Shown here piece after piece: positions 17,855 through 26,965 of a stretch of 64,000 nt of DNA. Position 1 is the stretch's first letter. Every line of letters begins with the position of its first letter. A program made the position numbers and the translations under genes. Source of the DNA: Candidatus Latescibacterota bacterium. GTDB taxonomy: Bacteria > Latescibacterota > UBA2968 > GCA-2709665. The stretch covers positions 3,067,907-3,131,906 of the forward strand of contig OZ244744.1 of the NCBI GenBank assembly GCA_965219455.1, in the 5' to 3' direction. A model generated the notes under the pieces. The model was not told where the DNA came from, searched no databases, and saw only the letters and a list, made by a program, of their open reading frames with translations.

Positions 17855-18712
17855 TCAGAAGTTCGCGCGGTAGTTGATTGCCTGCAAGTTTACGTGACGT
17901 CTTACGTCCCCTGGTAGCTGGAAAAGCCCGGGTTTCTGGCGGAATTCAAAGAGCCGGTAGAGATGGAATGCGTTCGCGTTCGCCTTGGAGAATCGGACCT
18001 CGCCGGCGCTGATGTAGAATGGCGTTAGCTTGCCGTAACGTGTCGTTTTGACCTCGATGAATCGATCACGTCCGCTGACTTCGTACGACCGGATATCAAA
18101 GCCGGCACGGTCGCCCACGGTTTTGGAGACCTGCTCGACGTTTCTGGCCAGGCGGTCCTTGCCTTCACGCAGCAGGCGGGTGCGCTCAAACTTCATGACC
18201 AGTGCTTCTCCGGCATCTCCGAGAGATCGATTCAGCGCTTCCATCTGGAGATAGTTGATCGGTGGGCCAGGTTGGCTGGAAACTACGTAATCAATCGATC
18301 CCTCACCTACCGAACCAGAAGCAGGCACAGGCGGATCGACACCGATACCGAGCACATCGACCACTGTGAAACGGTCCTGGAGTGCCGTGACATCGGCTAC
18401 GACCAGGTCCTCAAGCGACGAAAGGTGCTCGCGCACCACGTCCCTCAGCATGTGCTGGATGTTACGGAGCGGTTTGTAACCGTTGATGTACGGGAACCCC
18501 AACTCGATCAGGACTGCGCTGATGTTCTGATGTTTGCGCTCTACCGCGCCATGTGACCGGTCATCCAGCCGCGCACGGAGCGCCCTATTGCGGGCGGCTT
18601 TGTTATAGGGTCCACCGGAAAGTTCCGAAGCCAGCATATCGAAATAGTCTCGAACAGTGGCTTCGACCTCCTGTCGGCTCCAACTGCTAAGGCTCGGCAC
18701 ATTCCCCTTCAT
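17855..18712 (-). CDS. DUF3883 (NO VEIN C-terminal, restriction-endonuclease-like) domain protein
   Basis: C-terminal block GEALVMKFERTRL...GFDIRSYE...RFIEVKTTRYG...ISAGEVRFS...FHLYRLFEF, with a D...E-x-K arrangement. Confidence 0.55.
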   Translation of the reverse strand: MKGNVPSLSSWSRQEVEATVRDYFDMLASELSGGPYNKAARNRALRARLDDRSHGAVERKHQNISAVLIELGFPYINGYKPLRNIQHMLRDVVREHLSSLEDLVVADVTALQDRFTVVDVLGIGVDPPVPASGSVGEGSIDYVVSSQPGPPINYLQMEALNRSLGDAGEALVMKFERTRLLREGKDRLARNVEQVSKTVGDRAGFDIRSYEVSGRDRFIEVKTTRYGKLTPFYISAGEVRFSKANANAFHLYRLFEFRQKPGLFQLPGDVRRHVNLQAINYRANF

Positions 18713-18764
18713 GACGATTCCAGAATCCCGCGCAAGTCATCTGTGATATGATTTGTTATTTGAG

Positions 18765-19979
18765 TTACTCTGACGGGACCTCTACAACATAAATATCAAA
18801 AGTCCTCTCGGGGCTGGAGAGAAAGGCGATTTTCCTGCCGTCAGGCGACCAGGCCGGAGTGTACTCGGCAGTTTCTCTATTCGTTAATCGTTTGACATTC
18901 GTACCGTCAGCGTTCATTACTAAGAGTGGGCCGTCTCCCTCAGCTGAGTAAACGACTCTGGCGCCGTCCGGCGACCATGCGGCATCTACCCACAAATCAT
19001 CCCAGATATCCTGAGAGGTCAGGCGAGTGACCTCGCTACCGTCAGCATTCATCACATACATATCGCCATAGTTTGTGCGGGCATTGTCGCGCCTTGACCA
19101 GAAGGTAATTCTTGTTCCGTCAGGCGACCACGTAGGCAGAATGCTACCTTCGGTATCTGCGGTGAGTTGCGTAACCGTTGCCGACTCAACATCCACCACA
19201 GAAATCACGGCGAACCTATTTTCATTGGAATCAACACCTATAGACATAAAGGCGATCTTTTTACTGTCGGGTGACCAGACCGGAAGCCAATCCTGGACAG
19301 TACTGTTCGTTAGCCGTGTGAGATCTGCGCCTTCCGGACCCGCCACGTAAATTTCAAAGTTCCCGTCCTGGTTGGAAGAAAAGGCGATCCTGGCGCCGTC
19401 AGGTGACCAGGAAGGGTATATATCTTCTGCGTCATTATTTGTAAGGCGAGTGAGACCTTCACCATTTGCACCTACCTTATAGATCTCTGCATTCCCGTCC
19501 CGAGCAGAGGAAAAAGCGATGTGCTCACCGTCCGGCGACCAGGCTAGCGTCGTGTATAATTCGGTATCCACTGCAATTGAAGTGGCTAATCTTATTGAAT
19601 CACCACCATCCGCATTCATCACCCACAACTCCGGATCTTCAATACCGGAGAGATAAGCAATCTTTCGGCCGTCCGGCGGTGACCACGTGGGATGTAATTC
19701 GATGGTCTCGCTATTCGTCAAACGGGTGAGTTCGACAACACACGGTTTACCGAACAACCTCGCGAAGGCCAGAAAGTCGGCCAGATTAATTGCGCCATTG
19801 GTATCCAGATCCATTGCAGCGTTATAACCCGCTTCACCCTGCTGACCCCCAAATACAACGGCGAAGGCAAGAAAATCAGCGAAGTCAACCCGCCTGTCGT
19901 TGTCGAAGTCACCTGGACAACCGGAAGCCGGGGCTGTGATAACCAGGACCGCGAAGAGGACAACTGATCTGAAAAACAT
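18765..19979 (-). CDS. Secreted dockerin-like plus PD40/TolB-type beta-propeller repeat protein
   Basis: Signal peptide. Two dockerin/EF-hand-like repeats (GDFDNDRRVDFADFLAF, MDLDTNGAINLADFLAF). Seven or more repeats of WSPDG(x)IAF...E(I/L)Y(V/K). Confidence 0.75.
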   Translation of the reverse strand: MFFRSVVLFAVLVITAPASGCPGDFDNDRRVDFADFLAFAVVFGGQQGEAGYNAAMDLDTNGAINLADFLAFARLFGKPCVVELTRLTNSETIELHPTWSPPDGRKIAYLSGIEDPELWVMNADGGDSIRLATSIAVDTELYTTLAWSPDGEHIAFSSARDGNAEIYKVGANGEGLTRLTNNDAEDIYPSWSPDGARIAFSSNQDGNFEIYVAGPEGADLTRLTNSTVQDWLPVWSPDSKKIAFMSIGVDSNENRFAVISVVDVESATVTQLTADTEGSILPTWSPDGTRITFWSRRDNARTNYGDMYVMNADGSEVTRLTSQDIWDDLWVDAAWSPDGARVVYSAEGDGPLLVMNADGTNVKRLTNRETAEYTPAWSPDGRKIAFLSSPERTFDIYVVEVPSE

Positions 19980-20234
19980 AAATGGCTCCCTAGTAGAAAA
20001 CCAGATACCTATTAATATAGTCTGAATTACAAGTAAAAAAAGGTAGTTTCCTTACACAAGTCATTGTATTATATTATGGTTAGCCCAATAACCAAACAAC
20101 AATGAACTTGGAAGAAACTACCGTGGAAGGGCAAGATAGACATCAAAGGCTGTCTTGCGCAAGTGTTTCGGGCGAGCCGGTAAAAGCCGCCTTCGCCAGC
20201 AGTCCTGCCTGCGCCGCTACCGTCGCGGCAGGCA

Positions 20235-20330
20235 GGCATCTTGACGAGCGACAGCGGGGCGATGCTGCTTCGCAAGGTGGCGTCCAGGATCGGCATTTTG
20301 TATCGGATCGTTGAGGCGATAACTGTTAGA
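20235..20330 (+). pseudogene. Short relic of a DDE transposase N-terminus (IS1380/IS4-like)
   Basis: Frame from 20235 reads GILTSDSGAMLLRKVASRIGILYRIVEAITVR, resembling the conserved LTSDAGLLLLRE..RLGL..LA motif. No downstream transposase body. Confidence 0.3.
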
Positions 20331-20498
20331 ATCGGCTTTAAATTAAACAGTAGCAACGGTATAAAGGTGGACACTTTCGTGAAGAATGGGTTGTAGGAAG
20401 AAGAGAAGCTCTGCCTGTGCGTGCTGCCTCACGCACGCAGCCGGGGCCGAATCCAGGCAATTAATCCGTGGACAGAACACGAGGGAACCGGAGACAGG

Positions 20499-20762
20499 AT
20501 GCGAAAGGTTGAAAAGCACCAACACGGAACGCCGTGTTGGGTTGATCTGGCGACAACTGATTTGGCTGGAGCGAAAGCGTTCTACGCCGGGTTATTCGGT
20601 TGGGAGTATGTGGACGAGGAGATGGGGGAGATGGACATCGGGGTCTATTCGATGGCGATGCTGGACGGGTCTGCGACGGCGGATCGTGAACTCACGCCCT
20701 CCCACCCGTCAAAATTGACACCACCTGAGGGACTGCCTCTTCCACGCTTTCATCCACTTTAG
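20499..20762 (+). pseudogene. VOC/glyoxalase-family gene fragment (N-terminal ~55 aa only)
   Basis: MRKVEKHQHGTPCWVDLATTDLAGAKAFYAGLFGWEYVDEEMGEMDIGVYSMAML is a typical VOC start. Similarity is then lost, and the tail overlaps the convergent gene 20692..21429. Confidence 0.45.
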
Positions 20763-21429
20763 CGCCTTCCATGGGTGCAGCGTGCGCACGCAGTTCGATA
20801 TTCCGGTAGCCCGCGACGCCGTCAAGAGTACTGGACCAGGCGCCGGCTCCGCGAGGCCTGATTCCGGCTTCCAGTTCCTTTCGAGGATACTCCCATATCA
20901 GGTCCTTGCCGCGGTAGCGAACCCGGTCCCCCGCCTTCACGTCGCTCATCCTCATCCTGCGGTGTACACCGAAGTGAATCAGCCTGTGATGGACGTCGTC
21001 TGACTGCGGTCCGGAGGCCTCCCATCCCTCAACCAGATAGTTTCCCGTTGCATGCGACAGGCTGAATCCATCACCATCGCGTTCGATCATTGGTACTCTT
21101 CCTGCGGCCGTGATGTAGGCGGTTGGTATGCCTCTCATCTCGAACTCCAGCATATCGTGCAAACTGCACGAACTGGCGCCGCATCAATCCACAACGCCCA
21201 TAACAAGCCCGTCGCACCGTGGAACGATTGCCTCCAGAAGCTTCTTCGTGCAGACGCGGTAGGGGGATGACTTTTTCCAGGGTCCCACCACATTCGCGTT
21301 GTACTCTGCCGCGAGCCGCTCCCCAACAGCATTGAGAACGGCTCCCGCGGTACGCTTTCCCGGGTCCAGAAGTCCGATCCTGGCGTCATTCAGGCGGGTC
21401 AGGCGGGATGCGGGTTCAATTCTTGACAC
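20692..21429 (-). CDS. Candidate selenoprotein (UGSC-family-like); in-frame TGA at 21184..21186
   Basis: Track ORFs 21184..21429 and 20692..21162 are in the same frame, separated only by TGA plus 7 sense codons: ...DGLVMGVVD-U-CGASSCSLHDMLEFEMRGIPTAYI... GTG start with AAGGAG 7 nt upstream. Hairpin 12 nt after the TGA. Confidence 0.5.
21155..21171 (-). other. Candidate bacterial SECIS-like hairpin
   Basis: On the coding strand, UCGUGCA-GUU-UGCACGA (7-bp perfect stem, GUU loop) begins 12 nt downstream of the UGA at 21186..21184. Confidence 0.35.
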
Positions 21430-21575
21430 AGGTCTTCTCCTTTCTGATCTTACCTCTCGGTTAACGTCCGAAATGTCAGCGTATAGGGCAAGTCCCGGGC
21501 CTGGGCGCGTTCGAGCGCTTCTACCCTAGATTCCCGGCCTAATATAGCCGAAGAAAGGTCCGATGTCTGCTAAAA

Positions 21576-22018
21576 GTGTCCTGTCACAAAGATATCTCAC
21601 CATTCTCCCGCCGACTCATCTTGTCTCGCGGCGTTGTTAAAAGACGGTGAGACGGAAGACGTAAGCCGTGTTAGTTACTTTCCCGTACCACTCGTCCGCT
21701 AATGGACACTCGTTGTGCGAAACGAGAAGTGGATTGGGCAGCGGAGCGCAAGACCTACCCCCTTTCCCCCTTCCTGAAGGAAGGGGGGAACTGTCATTGG
21801 TTGACGACATAACGACAGTTAAAGAATCCACGCGACATATTGTTACGGGTCAACGCTCGTCTCCCCCTTTCCTTTAGGAGAGGGGGCCGGGGGGAGAGGT
21901 CACGGCGCTGATGTCAACTGATTGGGTTTTTGCTTCAAGCTGACGGCTGAGAGCTGAGAGCTGTTATTGCTGCTTCTGATCGGCCGGATTTTGGCAAACT
22001 ATCTTCCGGACAGAACAC
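21576..22018 (+). repeat. MITE-like composite element (copy M3) enclosing a family-A repeat
   Basis: Left tip GTGTCCTGTCACAAAGATATCTCACCATTC. Right end CGGCCGGATTTTGGCAAACTATCTTCCGGACAGAACAC. Interior 21738..22018 is colinear with 3828..4130. Confidence 0.6.
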
Positions 22019-22087
22019 AAGTTGGCGTAATCACCCCTGGTCGCGTTTGCGCGACCGAAGTAGCCGAGCGAATTTGAGGAGGTCTTA

Positions 22088-22825
22088 ATGTTAACTGACG
22101 AACAGGTCCGGCAGTTTCGAGAAGATGGGTATCTCGTTTTTGAAGCCCTGATACAAGGCGAACGATTGGCCTGTTACAAGCGCGTGTTTGATGAACTGGT
22201 TGCAGAGGGGCGTAAAATGACCGGGGAGACGCCGCACTGGGCGCTCGAGTTGGACGAACGCGGTAAACCCCGGGCAGGTTTGTTGCACAAAGTTCAGGGG
22301 GTTTGCGTGGTCGATGCCCGCGTGTTGAAACTGGCGCGTGAACCGGCGATTTTAGACCGCGTCGCAGGTTTGATTGGTGAAAATATCGATGTGTTTGGCA
22401 CCAAGTTTTTTCCGAAGTTGCCCAACGGCGGCACGTCAACGAGCTGGCATCAGGACAATTTTTATTTTGGCACCGATACGGATCGCATTGTCAGTTGCGG
22501 AATTTATCTGGAAGATTCAGACGTGGAGAATGGGTGTCTGCGGGTGGTACCCGGCAGCCACCGGACAGGCGAGATTGTCACGCACCGCAAAAATCCAGGC
22601 AGGCATGGCAGTTGGACGGAGGTCGATGATTCGCGGTCCGTGGATCTGGTCATTCCCGCCGGCACGGTTGTTCTGTTTTCCGCCAATCTCTTGCACGGCG
22701 CCTATGATAACCACAGCAATCGCACGCGCTACAGTACGGCCTGGCATTATCTGCCGGAGGAACTCAATCCGGAAAGGTTTCCAAAGGGAAGTTACGAAGA
22801 TCGACACGTGGCGCGTAAGCATTGA
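22088..22825 (+). CDS. Phytanoyl-CoA dioxygenase (PhyH) family Fe(II)/2-oxoglutarate oxygenase
   Basis: MLTDEQVRQFREDGYLVFEALI start; WHQDNFYF (H-x-D); LRVVPGSHR; distal His in LLHGAYDN. Confidence 0.85.
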   Translation: MLTDEQVRQFREDGYLVFEALIQGERLACYKRVFDELVAEGRKMTGETPHWALELDERGKPRAGLLHKVQGVCVVDARVLKLAREPAILDRVAGLIGENIDVFGTKFFPKLPNGGTSTSWHQDNFYFGTDTDRIVSCGIYLEDSDVENGCLRVVPGSHRTGEIVTHRKNPGRHGSWTEVDDSRSVDLVIPAGTVVLFSANLLHGAYDNHSNRTRYSTAWHYLPEELNPERFPKGSYEDRHVARKH

Positions 22826-22956
22826 GAAGCGGGGTCCGGGGGCTGGTCGGTGTGTTGATGAACTGCCCTGAAAGGTTGCCAGTTGTACCGCGTTCCGCTG
22901 ATTCGTGTAGGGCTGCCGGCGGTGCCCCTTCAGACGGCCCCGCCTCAGCCGCAATT

Positions 22957-23082
22957 CGAGTTCGCCGCTTAACCTCCTCCGCGATTCGCACCCTGCCCCG
23001 CGAGCCGTAGGGAGGAGTAGACCCTACGCTGCCCGGTTGATCCCTGAAACGCGCCGATATTTTCCGCAACGGTACTGAGAGA
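22957..23082 (+). repeat. Family-C intergenic repeat
   Basis: TTCGAGTTCGCCGC..CCTCCT.CGCGATTCGC.CCCTGC..GAGCCGTA.GGAGGAGT...GATCCCTGAAACGCG...GGTACT(CT)GAG, shared with 43165..43296. Confidence 0.7.
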
Positions 23083-23192
23083 AATCCCGAAAGATCAGGT
23101 GCGAGGAAAAGCGTCTATTTCATAATATAGCTTGTTTCCCAGGAAGCGAAACATTATATTTAGTGAAACGACTTTAATAGCGTAGGAGATCC

Positions 23193-24272
23193 ATGCCTCT
23201 CCCAGACAAACAGCCGCCGACCGCAACACAGGTCGCGCGCCACGTCGAAAGCGCTCTGGCTGAACGAATTCCGTCCGGCTGGTCACTTTCCGCTCGGACC
23301 AGGGCGCCTGCTGGTCGCTACCAGGTGGATCTGCTGGCAGAGATCGCGTCACCCGCCGGAGCTACCGCGGTCCTTGCCATTGAGGTCAAGCGCACTCTGG
23401 AACCACGCGGCGTCCTCCATGCGATCGAGCAACTCACCGCGATCACGGCCGGCGCGATGCCTCGGGCGGTACCTGTGGTAGCGTCATCCTACCTCTCCCC
23501 CCGCGCCCGTACTCTCCTTCGTGAACGAGATGTCGGCTATATCGACACTACGGGCAATGTTCGCATCGAAGCTTCCAGGCCGGGGCTGTTCATTTCTGCC
23601 GACGGGGTTGATCGTGATCCCTGGCCAAGGGATCACAAGCTACAGTCGCTGCGGGGCCGGGGTGCTGCACGTGCAGTGAGGGCCATCATCGACACAATTC
23701 CCCCGTACGGTGTCCGAGAGCTGGCCCAGTCCACCAGCGCGTCGGCGCCGACCCTGTCGCGCGTGTTGGACTTGCTCGAACGGGAAGCCATCGTGACCCG
23801 CGTACGAGGAGGAGTATCCGCCGTCGATTGGAAAGGCGCGATCAGGCGGTGGACTGAGGATTACGACCAGACGGACTCGAACACGTCTACGATGGCTCTT
23901 GAGCCACGGGGGATGTCGGCTCTCGAGAAGAAACTCCGCGCGACGAAGCTCGCGTACGTCGCCACCGGCGCGTTCGCCGCCCAGCGATTCGATCCGATTG
24001 CCCCGGCAGCACTGGCGGCCATCTACGTCACTGACTCGATCGAGTTCATCCAGCAACTGGATCTTCGGGAGACGGAAGCCGGCGCCAACGTGGTGATTCT
24101 AGAGCCTCTCGACCCCGTCGTCTTTGATCGGGCGGTCGACCGTGACGGCCTTCGTTGCGTCGCTCCCAGCCAGCTCGCCGCGGACCTCCTGACCGGTCCG
24201 GGTCGCGAACCATCGCAGGGTGAACACGTACTGACGTGGATGGAGAAGAACGAACATGTCTGGCGCTTCTGA
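23193..24272 (+). CDS. Putative antitoxin-like protein: PD-(D/E)xK-like N-domain plus winged-HTH (AbiEi-like)
   Basis: YQVDLLAEIASPAGATAVLAIEVKRTLEP (D...E-x-K). wHTH YGVRELAQSTSASAPTLSRVLDLLEREAIVTRVRGG. Its 3' end overlaps the next gene. Confidence 0.4.
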   Translation: MPLPDKQPPTATQVARHVESALAERIPSGWSLSARTRAPAGRYQVDLLAEIASPAGATAVLAIEVKRTLEPRGVLHAIEQLTAITAGAMPRAVPVVASSYLSPRARTLLRERDVGYIDTTGNVRIEASRPGLFISADGVDRDPWPRDHKLQSLRGRGAARAVRAIIDTIPPYGVRELAQSTSASAPTLSRVLDLLEREAIVTRVRGGVSAVDWKGAIRRWTEDYDQTDSNTSTMALEPRGMSALEKKLRATKLAYVATGAFAAQRFDPIAPAALAAIYVTDSIEFIQQLDLRETEAGANVVILEPLDPVVFDRAVDRDGLRCVAPSQLAADLLTGPGREPSQGEHVLTWMEKNEHVWRF

Positions 24273-25084
24273 CCCTCTGTACGTACGCGCGCACTGCGCT
24301 TCTCGACGCCGCCGAGGCGCTGGCCGAACAGCTCGATGCCGTCGTGCTCGTCGGCGCTCAGGCCGTCTATATCCACACAGGGGATGCGGATTTCGTCGCC
24401 ACAGCTCCGTACACGACCGACGCCGACTTCTGCATAGCGCCAGAACATCTGAACGACACGCCTCTTCTGGATGAACTGCTGACCGCGCGCGGGTTCTCGC
24501 CCGGTGAGCATCCCGGCGCCTGGCTCAGCCCAGACCGCATTTCCGTTGACCTCATGGTCCCCGTAGTGCTGGCCGGAGCCGGTTCAAGGGGAGCCCGCCT
24601 GGGACCCCACGGCAAGAGAGTTGCAAGGCGTGCCAAAGGCCTGGAGGCAGCGCTTGTCGATCGGAAGCCAACAGTGATCACATCACTCACGCCAGGCGTC
24701 GAACGATCAGTCACAATGCTTGTCGCCGGGCCGGCGGCGCTTCTCGTCTCCAAGATACATAAGATCGCGGAGCGCACGGGCGCCGGTGATCGCATCACGG
24801 ACAAGGACGCGCTTGATATCCTGCGTCTGCTGCAGGCCATAGATACTGAAGCACTCGCGCAAGGCTTGGTTTTACTTGCGGCCCACAAGTTCTCCACGGA
24901 GGTAACAGCCGAAGCGATGTCCCAGCTCACGTCGTTGTTCGGTAGCCCACACGATGTGGGAATACGCATGGCGATCCGCGCCGCCCGCCCCAGCGTCGAG
25001 CAGGATGTGATTGCCGCTTCGTTCGCTGTACTCGTTTCAGATTTACTCGCCGCAACCGATAGACTGCTCGTTAACAGGCACTGA
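24236..25084 (+). CDS. Putative nucleotidyltransferase-fold protein (AbiEii/MNT-like toxin candidate)
   Basis: VLVGAQAVYIHTGDADFVATAPYTTDADFCIAP resembles the G-x...D-x-D minimal NTase core. GTG start at 24236 is uncertain. Overlaps the upstream gene by 37 nt. Confidence 0.4.
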   Translation: MDGEERTCLALLTLCTYARTALLDAAEALAEQLDAVVLVGAQAVYIHTGDADFVATAPYTTDADFCIAPEHLNDTPLLDELLTARGFSPGEHPGAWLSPDRISVDLMVPVVLAGAGSRGARLGPHGKRVARRAKGLEAALVDRKPTVITSLTPGVERSVTMLVAGPAALLVSKIHKIAERTGAGDRITDKDALDILRLLQAIDTEALAQGLVLLAAHKFSTEVTAEAMSQLTSLFGSPHDVGIRMAIRAARPSVEQDVIAASFAVLVSDLLAATDRLLVNRH

Positions 25085-25272
25085 GGAAATCCACGAATGC
25101 TCAATAGAGGCTCTCAATGGAACCTGCGGGATCCGCATATCCATACTCTTATTAAGCAACCGGTTCGACGGAGCCCAACCGCGATGCGTGGAAGGGCCCT
25201 GGTGAAAGTACAGTCGTCGTACTGGTTCAGTACGAATTGTCACAGCATCGCATGGATAAAAATGTGAACACC

Positions 25273-25980
25273 TCAGGTGTTTTGCTTCCTTAAAACGCAT
25301 GTGAATTTCTCTTTGTTCAAAACTGAATTGACAACCTGAAACGGAGATGCTTTCAGTTCTGCTATGAGATCTTCAGCGAAGAAAAAATGCAGGTAATTTG
25401 GTGATCCAAATGCAAATCCGTCCCCTTCTTCCAGGGTGTTATAGTTGAGAGCAAATCGATGATGGTTGTCATCGTATACCTCCTCGTAATTCTTCAGTAC
25501 AGAATCCAGCACTGTCTGAGACATTAAAACTTCGCCATTTGGATATAACACACGCGAGATCTCTTCCAAGAAAGCGATTCTTGATGCGCGGTGGGGGACA
25601 TAACAGTATACGTTTCCCATAAATGCAGCTGCAAATGATGTATTGGAAAAAGGTAGCGTCGGCATTTCATATTGTAGGAATGTCACGTCGATGGGTTCCT
25701 TTGCAGCATTTCGCCGTGCCTGTTCAATCTGCTTTTTTGCGACATCAATACCGGTGACGCTATATCCAAGCCGCGCAAGTGCGAAGCATAGTCGTCCTGT
25801 CGCACATCCGATGTCTAACAGGCGGCTGTCTACAGGGTACTTTCCAATAAACGCTTGTTCTTCCTCCCTGATACCGATTTTTAGTTCTTCTTTTCGGATT
25901 TCAAGTTCTGCAGGATCGTTGTACTTTTCCTTTACAGAGTCCAGTAATCTTTGGGATTCTTGTGAAATTTTAGCTTTCAT
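25273..25980 (-). CDS. Class I SAM-dependent methyltransferase
   Basis: Motif I LLDIGCATGRLCFALARLG, motif II-like VTGIDVAKKQIEQAR. AT-richer than the surrounding DNA. Confidence 0.85.
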   Translation of the reverse strand: MKAKISQESQRLLDSVKEKYNDPAELEIRKEELKIGIREEEQAFIGKYPVDSRLLDIGCATGRLCFALARLGYSVTGIDVAKKQIEQARRNAAKEPIDVTFLQYEMPTLPFSNTSFAAAFMGNVYCYVPHRASRIAFLEEISRVLYPNGEVLMSQTVLDSVLKNYEEVYDDNHHRFALNYNTLEEGDGFAFGSPNYLHFFFAEDLIAELKASPFQVVNSVLNKEKFTCVLRKQNT

Positions 25981-26026
25981 GTGGAAGTTTAGCTCCCGTT
26001 GCTTGAGTCGCCTGGCCCCCGACTGA

Positions 26027-26965
26027 TTACCTCAGTCCATTGATTTCGTATCTTGAAACAAAGTTCCATATCAGCGCGCTTGTATTGGAGCCGTCGTAGT
26101 TGATATCAAACCAGACGTGTCCTCCGTCGATAACCTTATAGTGGTCAACAGAAGTATTGTCGTCTCCATCTGTATAGGAATAGCGTTCGATTGTTATTGC
26201 ACCATCAGTCGCGCGATTTACCGTGGGAGTCGCACCGGTATTATTGAAACCTGTCCAATATGCAAGCACGTCGTCAATTGATTTTAATCCTTCAGTCCCG
26301 CCACCATAGGGGACATAGGCGTCCGATGTACCATGGATGTTTATCATGGCCGTGGGGTGTGACGGACTGCAGTTGTAATATGTTTCCTCCATCATTGTTC
26401 CTGCAACGGATCCTATAGCCGCTATTTTATCACTATGATAGCAGGCAAGTGAATATGAAAAAAAGGCGCCATTTGAGTAACCACAGGAATATACGCTTGC
26501 CGGGTCAATTTTGTAATTGGACGAGATTTCGTTGATCAGCGCTTCCACAAAGCCGAAGTCATCCGCATCACTTTTGTTGTCATCTGACTTTAAGCCGGCA
26601 TTCCAGTGCGGGTCTCCATTCAGCAAGGTACCTTGAGGATAAACCAGAATAAAATTCCCTGTATCCGTCAATGACCGCATATCTGCGAAATTCAAATATT
26701 TGTCTGCGGTCTGACCAAATCCGTGAAAGTTGAGCATCAGTGGGACGCTAGCATCTCCATCATAAGAATCCGGCACATACACGATATATTCTCTTGTTAT
26801 TCCGTTATGGGACAGTGTTTGTGCAAATAATCCTGCTGTAGCAGGTGCATCGAGTGGCACGTCGTCATTTCCTGAGCAGGAAAACAGGCTTGACAATGCC
26901 ACAGTGACAACAAAAAAAAGCCTCAACATCAAGGCGGTCCCAAAGTTCTGTTTTGTAAGTATCAC
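26027..26965 (-). CDS. Secreted lipoprotein esterase, alpha/beta hydrolase (PHB depolymerase/LpqC-like)
   Basis: Lipobox LSSLFSC, LMLNFHGFGQTADKY, nucleophile elbow CGYSNGA (G-x-S-x-G), HGTSD. Confidence 0.7.
   Translation of the reverse strand: MILTKQNFGTALMLRLFFVVTVALSSLFSCSGNDDVPLDAPATAGLFAQTLSHNGITREYIVYVPDSYDGDASVPLMLNFHGFGQTADKYLNFADMRSLTDTGNFILVYPQGTLLNGDPHWNAGLKSDDNKSDADDFGFVEALINEISSNYKIDPASVYSCGYSNGAFFSYSLACYHSDKIAAIGSVAGTMMEETYYNCSPSHPTAMINIHGTSDAYVPYGGGTEGLKSIDDVLAYWTGFNNTGATPTVNRATDGAITIERYSYTDGDDNTSVDHYKVIDGGHVWFDINYDGSNTSALIWNFVSRYEINGLR

Noticed and set aside
20692-21429. Genome-wide reassignment of UGA (to Trp or Gly) as the explanation for the in-frame TGAs.
   Set aside because: Many well-supported genes in the window terminate at TGA at the position expected from family length, for example 2691-2693, 3809-3811, 8473-8475 and 54417-54419. 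UGA is therefore a normal stop here. Only local recoding or pseudogenisation can explain the two cases.
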